From Macrostomum lignano (lineage: Eukaryota): a stretch of 64,000 nucleotides of DNA. Both the position numbers and the translations under genes were made by a program. The stretch spans positions 1-64,000 of the forward strand of contig NIVC01000864.1 in assembly GCA_002269645.1 (NCBI GenBank), written 5' to 3'. The notes below the pieces were generated by a model. It made no database searches. It saw only the letters and a program-made list of their open reading frames with translations, and was not told the DNA's origin. Below are positions 24,385 to 64,000 of the stretch, one piece after another. How positions within the stretch are numbered: position 1 is the first letter of the stretch; each line of letters opens with the position of its first letter.

Positions 24385-24740
24385 CTATCTGTAAACCTAA
24401 ACCCTAAACCTAAAAACCCTAGACCTAAACCTAAAGCATAAGCCCTAAACCTAAAGCTTAAACCTAAACCTAAACCCTAAACCTAAAACCTAAGCCTAAA
24501 CCTAAACCGTAGACCTAAAACTAAACTCTAAACTTAAACCCTAAAACTAAACCTAAACCCTAAAACTAAACCTAAACCCTAAAACTAAACCTAAACCCTA
24601 GACCTAAACCTAAACCCTAGACCTAAACCTAAACCCTAGACATAAACCAAAACCCTAAACCTAAACCCTAAAACTAAACCTAAACCCTAGACCTAAACCT
24701 AAACCCTAGACCTAAAACTAAATCCTAGACCTAAACCTAA
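24385..24740 (+). repeat. Degenerate telomere-like (CCTAAA/CCCTAAA/CCTAGA) array
   Basis: Mixed 6-7-bp units such as AAACCCTAAACCTAAA. Confidence 0.85.
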
Positions 24741-25539
24741 CGAGGCTGGGGACTCCATTGCAGGAAAATGCTCAGGCTAAATTGAACACAACGATGCGGT
24801 CCAGTGTAAAAAATTCACATATCCCATATTCCATACGGCCAATTCGAGTAGAATTGAATCGATTCCTCTGCCTCTCAAGGAGCCTCTTAATCCGAGCCAG
24901 AGACCGTGTGGAAACCCATATGCAGCAGTGGAGTCTCGGGGGCCGGGGGCTACCACTTCTTAATTGCGGGACGCCTAGCCAGACAGACAGACAGGCAGGC
25001 AGGCAGGCAGGAAATGCATGCCGCAGCTTGGCACAGATGGGACAGGAGTGCGGCAATGTCGCACCTGAACAGACTTGTTGATTAAAAAAATGCAATTTTA
25101 GTTTTAAAAATGTGGCATTATAGTGGCAAAAAATCAAAATTTGTAGATTTCTGAATTTATTGATTCCAAATTCTGCTAGCATGAGCTGGAATTGCAAGGT
25201 GGCTCGGCAAAGTGGAACGGCTTCAAAATAAAAAGCAGCGATTTCTGTTAACCCGTTCGGACACAACACAGTGGAATTCGGTCTCAGTTATTTAAAAAGC
25301 GGCTTCATCCATCCGGGCAGGTCTCGAAGGTTCCGGATTTAGGAGGCTTCCCTTTCAATTATGAATCTGGCAACGCCCGGCGACCAGCGCAAAACTGCGG
25401 GTTGCTTGAAAATGGCCAGGGCCTCCGCTATTCATCACAGAATACTGCTGCACTGCTGTCCCGAATAGGCTGGTCCATTGTCTCGGCTGCGCTTGTCCCT
25501 ATTTAAAGGAGCTGAATAGATAGCTACAATGATGGATTT

Positions 25540-26505
<966 letters not shown>

Positions 26506-26914
26506 GCCCAGGACCTACAGTTGGAATCTGCCGCAACCACAAGCAGCTGTTTGCATTCCAGAGCGGGTTTCGGTGGAAAAGCGGGATGCCAAAAGCACCG
26601 CTGCCAATGAAGGCAAAAGCGGGGGAGGCTGCGCAATCCAAAGCCATTAAGAACTCTTTAGGGAGTTGGTTGCCAGGAAGGGTAAAGGGCATTTGGCTGT
26701 GGGGGAGGGGTGGGGCGAAGCGGATCCCAACGGTGATTTTCAGCAAAGCGTGGGAGCCTTGAAATGCCAAAAAGATCCACTTCCGACCCAGCTGTTATTT
26801 AGCGAATTAAAGTTGACCCGGCCTGCAGCCCTTGTCGCACCGAATTCTCGCCGGCTGCTTTTGAAAATGTGGGAATGCTAGAAATGCTTCAGTTCCCATT
26901 CTGGTTGGGGATTA

Positions 26915-27270
26915 GAGCTTCGGGGATGGGGATTAGAGATTCGGAATGGGAAAAAGAGATTCGGAATGGGAAAAAGAGATTCGGAATGGGGATTAGAGAA
27001 TCGGGATGAGGATTAGAGATTCGGAATAGGGATTAGAGATTCGAAATGAAGATTAGAAATTCGAAATGGAAAATAGAGATTTGGAATAGGAGCTAGAGAT
27101 TCAGAATGAGGATTATAGATTCGGAATGGGGATTGGAGATTCGGAATGGGGATTGGAGATTCGGAATGGGGATTGGAGATTCGGAATGGGGATTGGAGAT
27201 TCGGAATGGGGATTGGAGATTCGAAATGGGGATTAGAGATTCGGGATAGGGAATAGAGACTCGGGATCGA
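26915..27270 (+). repeat. 20-bp minisatellite (GGAGATTCGGAATGGGGATT)n immediately upstream of the GPCR
   Basis: Period 20, ~17 copies. Confidence 0.9.
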
Positions 27271-27325
27271 GATTTAAATAAACAAAACACCCTCCCCGCC
27301 CGCCCCGATCCCAGCCTCCAGAGCC

Positions 27326-28615
27326 ATGTCACCGCACCAGCAGTCGCAGCGGCAGGCCAGCCCGCTGGCCCCGAACTCTAGCGGCGTCACCGCCTCCGCA
27401 GCCCTCGGAGAAGACGAGCTCCTCGCCTTAGTCCAGCTGCAGTACCCGCCGGTCGCGGCCGCCGCAATCATCCTGGCGGTGCTGATCATCTGGACGCTGG
27501 TGGTCCTCGGCAACCTGCTGGTGATCGCGGCCATTGCACGCGACCGCAAGGTTTCCAGTGTGCAGAACTGGTTCCTGGCGTCGTTGGCCTTCGCTGACCT
27601 CCTGCTGGGCCTGCTGGTGATGCCGTTCTCCCTGGTCAAGCAGCTGCTGGGCGCCTGGGTGTTCGGCGTCCGTTGGTGCGAGCTATGGCTGGCCATCGAC
27701 GTCCTAGCGTGCACGGCCAGCATCATGAACCTGTGCCTCATCAGCCTAGACCGCTACTGGAGCGTCTCCAAGGCGCTCACGTACCCGCGGAGGAGGACGC
27801 CGCGGCGGGCCGCCGGGATGATTGGCGTCGTCTGGCTGCTGTCCGCCGCCATCTGCCTGCCGCCGCTGCTGGGCTGGCGGAAGCCGCAGGCCCGGCCGGA
27901 CAGGTGCGAACTGACCACAGACATCGGCTACGTGATGTACAGCAGCATGGGCAGCTTCTACATCCCCATGCTCATCATGCTGTTCGTGTACGCCAGGATC
28001 TTCCGCACCGCCAGACGCCACGCCCGCCGGCGCTGCCCGCCTCAGCCGTTGTCGACGTCAGCGACGGCAGCCGCGGCGGCGGCGACATCGACGCAGCGAA
28101 ATGTCGAAGCGTTGCGACGCTCTGTTAGGCGGCTTCAACAGCGCGCCTCCAACGCCGACGCCGTCGAGGACGGAGCTCGATCGGATGTCGAACCGGATGT
28201 CGAACCGGATGTCGAACCGGATGTCGAACCGGATGTTGAACCGGATGTCGAACCCGACGAGCAGCTGATGGACTCGGGCGAGACCGCTGCGGTGGAAGCG
28301 GCGCAGTCTGCAGCCCCGAAGGCCATGTCGGCAGCCGAGGCGGCGTTGCGGCAGAAGCGCCGACTGGCGCGAGCCCGGGAGCGCCGGGCAACCCTCGTCC
28401 TGGGCCTCATCATGGGCGCCTTCGTGCTCTGCTGGTTCCCCTTCTTCACCACCTACCTGACGGACATTTTCTGCGGCTGCGTGCCGCTGATCCTATTCGA
28501 CTTCTTCTTCTGGCTGGGCTACTGCAACAGCGCTCTGAACCCGGTCATCTACACGGTGTTCAACAAGGACTTCAGACAGGCGTTCCGCCGGATTCTGACA
28601 TGCGGACGGCGCTAG
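27326..28615 (+). CDS. Intronless aminergic class A GPCR, alpha2-adrenergic-like (alpha2-adrenoceptor/Oct-alpha2R type), 429 aa
   Basis: Seven TM segments with GNLLV, LAFAD, WLAIDVLACTASIMNLCLISLDRYW (Asp3.32), RTPRRA, SSMGSF, ARERRATLVL, CWFPFF, FFFWLGYCNSALNPVIYTVFNKDFRQAF. These closely resemble recalled alpha2-adrenoceptor motifs. Confidence 0.9.
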   Translation: MSPHQQSQRQASPLAPNSSGVTASAALGEDELLALVQLQYPPVAAAAIILAVLIIWTLVVLGNLLVIAAIARDRKVSSVQNWFLASLAFADLLLGLLVMPFSLVKQLLGAWVFGVRWCELWLAIDVLACTASIMNLCLISLDRYWSVSKALTYPRRRTPRRAAGMIGVVWLLSAAICLPPLLGWRKPQARPDRCELTTDIGYVMYSSMGSFYIPMLIMLFVYARIFRTARRHARRRCPPQPLSTSATAAAAAATSTQRNVEALRRSVRRLQQRASNADAVEDGARSDVEPDVEPDVEPDVEPDVEPDVEPDEQLMDSGETAAVEAAQSAAPKAMSAAEAALRQKRRLARARERRATLVLGLIMGAFVLCWFPFFTTYLTDIFCGCVPLILFDFFFWLGYCNSALNPVIYTVFNKDFRQAFRRILTCGRR

Positions 28616-29764
28616 CGGAGCTCCGGAGATTAAAGTCTAACTGGTTGCACTTCTCTTGTCTGTCACACCCTCCCTACCTTTGACTTGGGTTTTTATTGTG
28701 AAAGTCAGAAGTCATTCGTCTGGTTCATGTACCTACATGCAAATCTAGATTCTGAGCGATTGTTTGCAAGTCAAATGCCATTCAGTCGTAAACTTCAATT
28801 TTATTAGCATCTTTTTCATTTTTTGTGAGGGAAAATTAAAAATACGGAACAAATCATGTACGAAACAGGGCAAGGGTCTGGCTCTCGTGACACGACCCCT
28901 GGGGATTCGACTCCGCGCGCGGCCACATTCGAATGGGGCTTGTGCACCGGATGTGCACCGGATGTGCACCGGATGCGCACCAGATGTGCATCGGATATAA
29001 GAGACAGGCGGCTGTGTGCACCCTGGCGCACTGCAAGCGACATTGTCACACAACTAGCGAGAGAGAGGCATTACTGCCCACTCTGCAGACTCCCCTGAGC
29101 AGGCACACAAGCGCGCGGATGCGTACGCAGTCATTACGCACAGGCACACACTCACACAGGAGTGTACAGCGGCCCTAACTTTATTTATCGTTAAGTATGT
29201 ATACCTTCACTGTACCTTTGGGGTTGGCCCTCAAGGGCGTTAATTGCACGAGCAGGGCCAAGCCATTGCTCAGGGTCAGTAGAATGATGGACCACGACTG
29301 CACTGAGATTTTACGCCCGTGACTGTGTAGGCTAAACAGAACTTTCATGCCACTGCATGTAGGAAACTGCGAAAGCAGTGCTGTCGGCTGCGGATCGCAC
29401 GGATCTGCTTTATAGTCCCAGCGAACAGATTAATTAGCAAGTTGCTTAATAATCCTACTCTTCCTCTTACTAAGAATTCGGCGCCTCATCACCAGCTGCC
29501 GCCCCCCTGGCGTACCTGCAGATCCGGTGGGCGGGTATTAACGAGCTCAGCCCAAAGCCAACTGCCGCTCCGCAAAGCGGTTTGCTTGCAGTTTCGACTG
29601 CCGCCATGGTAACTACAGAATTCGGCATTGCCTACCTTGCCTTGCTACACGCGTTTTGGTGTGTGGGCGGTGCCAAGTCTGAACTAAAATAGCAGCTGGG
29701 CTGGCTCTGGTCATGCAGTATGCGAAACGGGAACTGGGGACGCTTCTCAAGCTCTGATTTTCAC

Positions 29765-30055
29765 AAACCCGAAGCTTCACAAGCTTGAATTGTCACAAAC
29801 TCGAATTGTCACAAGCTCGAATTGTCACAAGCTCGAATTGTCACAAGCTCGAATCTTCACAAGCTCGAGTCTTCTCAAGCTCGAATCTTCTCAAGCTCGA
29901 ACCTTCACAAGCTTGAATCTTCACAAGCTTGAATCTTCACAAGCTTGAATCTTCACAAGCTCGAACCTTCACAAGCTTGAATCTTCACAAGCTCGAATCT
30001 TCACAAACCCGAAGCTTCACAAGCTCGAATCTTCACAAACCAGAAGCTTCACAAG
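29765..30055 (+). repeat. 16-bp minisatellite (CACAAGCTCGAATCTT)n
   Basis: Same family appears inverted at 52575-52790. Confidence 0.9.
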
Positions 30056-30784
30056 CGCGCCACCATGAAGTTTTGTTCATAAAAAAGTTACTTTTCTCCA
30101 AACTTCACGACGATGTGAAACTTCGAAGCAGTGGAAGGCAACACAATAAACCAACTGATCAGTGAACAATTTCGGAGTAGCTGAGGAGGTCTCATCCATG
30201 CCTTAACTAAACCGTCAAATATGCATTAAAACATGTATTTAGATTCTGGCATTTCTAAGAACGAACTTTTAACAACACAAACAATGTTATGTCAGCAGGC
30301 TGTGTACAGAAGCAAGTCAGTCATGATGCATTAGTTTGTTCAGCGCTTCATAATCAATAATTACAGCAGTGTATTCGGACAGGCAGCTAAGGTAATCAAA
30401 GCTGACGATAGGTTGTACGAGTTCGATAGAATAGCGTGACCCGCCCGGCTGTCAGCAACCCGAGAGGAAGCCGAGATATTTATGACGCAAAACGGGGGAT
30501 CAAAACAGAACCGATGGGAGCAGAGCTCGGCTAGGAAGGAAAAGAAGGAAAAATTGAATAATTCTGCTTGATGACAGACCGCGGACAGGGTAGCGTAGAG
30601 GCTGAGTGGGCTGCGGACAAGGGACGGCTCTTAAGATGCTGGGCGATGAAGAAGAGACAGCTGGTAGTTGATTATAAGAGAGCTGCCGCGGCAGGAAAAG
30701 TCAGGAAATGAACAGAGAGATAGAGATTCGAGATGGAACCCAAGACCGAGGTGAAATTCGGCACGAATGAGATCTTATTTCATC

Positions 30785-31618
30785 TTCAAATCTGAGATAC
30801 ATGAGATTAGATCTGAGATACACGAGATAAGAATCCGAGATAGATGCGATACAATCTGAGATAGATGAGATAAGATCTGAGATAGATGAGATAAGATCTG
30901 AGATAGATGAGATAAGATCTGAGATAGATGAGATAAGATCTGAGATAGATGAGATAAGATCTGAGATAGATGAGATAAGATCTGAGATAGATGAGATAAG
31001 ATCTGAGATAGATGAGATAAGATCTGAGATAGATGACAAAAGAATCTGAGATAGATAAGATAAGATCTGAGACAGATGAGATAAGATCTGAGATAGATGA
31101 CATAAGAATCCGAGATAGATGAGATAAGATCTTGATAGATGAGATAAGATCTGAGATAGATGACATAAGAATCCGAGATAGATGAGATAAGATCTTGATA
31201 GATGAGATAAGATCTGAGATAGATGAGATAAGATCTGAGATAGATGAGATAAGATCTGAGATAGATGAGATAAGATCTGAGATAGATGAGATAAGATCTG
31301 AGATAGATGATATAAGATCTGAGATAGATGAGATAAGACCTGAGATAGATAAGATAAGATCTGAGATAGATGAGATAAGATCTGAGATAGATGAGATAAG
31401 ATCTGAGATAGATGAGATAAGATCTGAGATAGATGACAAAAGAATCTGAGATAGATGAGATAAGATCTGAGATAGATGAGATAAGATCTGAGATAGATAA
31501 GATAAGATCTGAGACAGATGAGATAAGATCTGAGATAGATGAGATAAGGTCTGAGATAGATGAGATAAGATCTGAGATAGATGAGATAAGATCTGAGATA
31601 GATGAGATAAGATCTCAT
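30785..31618 (+). repeat. 21-bp minisatellite (GATGAGATAAGATCTGAGATA)n
   Basis: ~39 copies; explains the SQILSHL/IDEIRSE ORFs. Confidence 0.95.
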
Positions 31619-32014
31619 AAAATGTTACCGAGCCCTGCACTACCATGACATACTCGTAGATGAATTCCAAAACTTGCACGCACATATGCAGTGCATAGGA
31701 ATTAATTAAGAAGTCGAAATTCCAATGTGAGGCAGCTCGGTTGTCTAATTTTGATGGCCAGAAGGTAAAAATAGACTAAAATTAACAACAAGTAAAGCCC
31801 TGGGCGCGTACAGATGAGCGAGTTGCTGACATCAAAGAAGGAGTACGTGGTCGATTGAACTCATCCTAACTTAGATAATAATTAAGCTTCAAATTTTCTG
31901 CTAATCAATACGAACTTCTTTAATGCCAAAATTTTTCCCCGAGGCTCCATATAAATTGCGTAGGGGACATCTGTCAAGCCTTTATGCAATTCGATCACAG
32001 GTTAGCACAATGTT

Positions 32015-32546
32015 CAAGAACTGGACCGCATCATTGTGTTCATTCAAGGACACAGATAGCTGGACCGCATCATTGTGTTCATTCAAGGACACAGATAGCT
32101 GGACCGCATCATTGTGTTCATTCAAGGACACAGATAGCTGGACCGCATCATTGTGTTCATTCAAGGACACAGATAGCTGGACCGCATCATTGTGTTCATT
32201 CAAGGACACAGATAGCTGGACCGCATCATTGTGTTCATTCAAGGACACAGATAGCTGGACCGCATCATTGTGTTCATTCAAGGACACAGATAGCTGGACC
32301 GCATCATTGTGTTCATTCAAGGACACAGATAACTGGACCGCATCATTGTGTTCATTCAAGGACACAGATAGCTGGACCGCATCATTGTGTTCATTCAAGG
32401 ACACAGATAACTGGACCGCATCATTGTGTTCATTCAAGGACACAGATAGCTGGACCGCATCATTGTGTTCATTCAAGGACACAAATAGCTGGACCGCATC
32501 ATTGTGTTCATTCAAGGACACAGATAGCTGGACCGCATCATTGTGT
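32015..32546 (+). repeat. 39-bp minisatellite (CTGGACCGCATCATTGTGTTCATTCAAGGACACAGATAG)n
   Basis: ~13.5 near-identical copies, no spacers. Confidence 0.96.
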
Positions 32547-32871
32547 CTAACCAGAGTACAAAACAAGCAAAAGTCAAGCACAAAAAGCAAACCTTGCATG
32601 TTCGGCATTGCATTCGCAGAAGAAGAATACGGTAAGGAGAAAAACAGAACAGAAAAAAGTTCGCGCCGCATCAAAAATCCACTAGAAGCGGCAGATTCGC
32701 GCGGACAAGCAGCTGCCACAATAATTGCAGGGGTCGCGGGCCAGCATTAGCCGAGCCCCCTGCCCCTCCTGAGCGGCTCAAGCAGACACCTGTCAATCGC
32801 ACTAATATGGAAAAGCAAATAAACAGAAACTATACAACAGCAGAGCCAGGCAGTCGGCCTCTCCAACCATG

Positions 32872-61932
<29,061 letters not shown>

Positions 61933-63684
61933 GGTTCTATTGCGCAGTTTTGCTTTTGGTTTTGTAGCCGATCGCTTTTAAAACTTATAATGCTCCTTCT
62001 TCAGAACTAAAATTTCAGCACTGAGTTTTAATCATTATTCCCAACGTTTTGTCAATTAAAATAAAAACTGTAAATTTTGAAAGAAATACTCGAAATCATC
62101 TGGTATGGGATATAGACTTAATCCAACTGTGTCGTCGACTTCATTTCTTTGAAGAGTCGTAGAAAACAAAAGAAAAAGAATTGTAAATTTTGAATAATCA
62201 CGCTCTCTTTTGCTTTTTACAAAAAGTCAAAATAAAGTTTTTAATTTGAATTTACTAACTTTTTCTAGATTTTAGCGTAACGTATAAACACTTACAATAA
62301 GTTTTGTTTTATTGGCTTTTATTTACCGTTTAGGGAAGACAATTTCCGACGCATAAAATTTTCTAAATGAAATAAATGGCGGATTAGAAAACAAAAATCG
62401 CATAATAGAAACATGCGAACTATATTTGCAATTTTGTGCTCGTGTATGTATTATGCTTTATGCTAATTGTATAATTCCAGTTTATATACACCAGTTTTGT
62501 CGTCATTTCCACGGTCAAAAGTACGTTCTTCAAGTTACATTGTAGTGATTTGCAAATGTTACTCGTACTTCCTAGCTGATCTACACTTGAAAAATCGAAG
62601 TAAGTGATTACATAATTAATTAAGGTATACATAAGGTCGACATGTAATAGTTACAAACTCGATCTGCAACACATACTAAAAGAACTTCATAGAATCTACT
62701 GTACATGTACGTATGGTGCTTGGCGGCCGACATAATTTTGAAATTTTCTACCCCTTTTTCATATACTTTTCCTTCATGTATCTCTTCCTCTTTCTCAATT
62801 TACTGTACTGTTTTTGTATTAAGTTAGCGCGAATTCCGGTCGCCCGTGTATTAAGATTTTGTCAAAGGACGACTAGAATACACATTGTCTAGCTATAGTT
62901 GTAATATAGTCCTTTTGAATTTTGTGTCTCGATCTCGTGTTATGCTGAGCAACAAAGCCGGAGCTGAGCACACGAGTCAAAAATTTAAATTTCGTTCGTG
63001 ATTCCTAATCTACGACTTTTTATGCTCTTTTTCCATTTTCATTTACTTTTGAGACTCATTTTCTCTGTGTTTATTTAAAATGAGTTAAAAATGCTTCTGT
63101 TTCTGTGTTCTGCGTCAAAGCACTCGATCAAGCACTCAGTACAAGCTAAATTGTTAAAATTAATGAAGCGAAAAAAGTGCTTTGTTTAAATACGTTTGGC
63201 GGTAAATCAAAGAAGATTTGCAAATGTTTTATAAAAAAAACCTGCTGGCAACACGGTTTTTATGTCCTTTTTCACGCCAAGGTTCTCAAATCCATGTTTT
63301 AGAAAAAAGGGTAGAAAAAGTTTCAATGAACTTAAAAAAGTACCAAAATGATTTCGATGCAAAACATATTAAATAAATTTAGACAGCTGGTTTCTGATTT
63401 AGTTTTATGTCAGTCAAAGAAATATTTAAAGATTTGAAATCGACTGTCTGTTTGGCCCGCCGCACAGTTGATGAAGGTGGCAGCTGGATGACTAGTCGAA
63501 AAGGAAAATCCATAGAGCGCAGCCGATCCCGCCGCCCTAAGTGCAGAATGTACATGAGGGGTGCACGTGAATTGATTTCAAACTGATACAAAATAATTGA
63601 AAATTTAAGCGAGCCCGCTAAAGCTGGTAAATGTGCATTATTCGAATGGGAGATCAATCAAGTTTTGTATACAACATTGCTCAC

Positions 63685-63768
63685 CATGATGGCAGCTAGG
63701 ATAGTTCCAACTGTAACCACGATTTTCTGATACGATGAAATGTAGTCCAACAGGGCATCGTAGCAAAT
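63685..63768 (-). CDS. Probable tetraspanin penultimate exon ([28 protein letters not shown]); rest of the gene upstream, outside the window
   Basis: 84-nt phase 0/0 exon with a TTTTCAG acceptor and GTGAGC donor. Cys followed by an amphipathic helix and the start of a TM segment, similar in size and content to the recalled tetraspanin exon ending EC2 and starting TM4. Confidence 0.45.
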
Positions 63769-63811
63769 CTGAAAATAAGGCATTAAGCATCAATGAAAAA
63801 CAAATAAAATG

Positions 63812-64000
<189 letters not shown>

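Noticed and set aside
24385-24740. True telomere or chromosome-fusion site
   Set aside because: The units are degenerate, not TTAGGG, in a single orientation and in mid-sequence.
28930-28995. Short quasi-palindromic 12-bp repeat (TGTGCACCGGAT) downstream of the GPCR
   Set aside because: Only about five copies, with no supporting structure.
63490-63540. Possible last tetraspanin exon (GGGIGCALWIFLFD*)
   Set aside because: Plausible acceptor but too short and generic to support.

Overview
Eukaryotic (animal) genomic DNA with GT-AG introns, GC-rich exons and a very high load of intronic mini- and microsatellites. The style suggests a free-living flatworm such as Macrostomum, but that is inference only. 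I reconstructed five genes by hand from splice sites and reading phase. (1) + strand: a C2H2 zinc finger plus DUF3504 (Crypton tyrosine-recombinase-derived, KIAA1958/KCTD1/ZMYM-like) gene, 969-11555, 5' end not found, with apparent frameshifts in its GC-rich exon. (2) - strand: a five-exon gene, 15594-13308, for a 247-aa secreted Cys-loop ligand-binding-domain-only protein (acetylcholine-binding-protein-like, no transmembrane domain). (3) + strand: an FBXO7-like FP-domain/F-box gene, 17210-19652. (4) + strand: an intronless alpha2-adrenergic-like GPCR, 27326-28615. (5) - strand: a complete 17-exon CASK/LIN-2 gene, 61932-32872, with a duplicated, probably mutually exclusive PDZ exon. There is also a probable tetraspanin exon at 63768-63685, two copies of a tRNA-headed SINE with a MIR-like CORE block, a MITE with TTA target-site duplications, and about 30 tandem arrays. 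One array is an amplified exon-end plus splice-donor junction. Most long ORFs in the supplied track are artefacts of the repeats.
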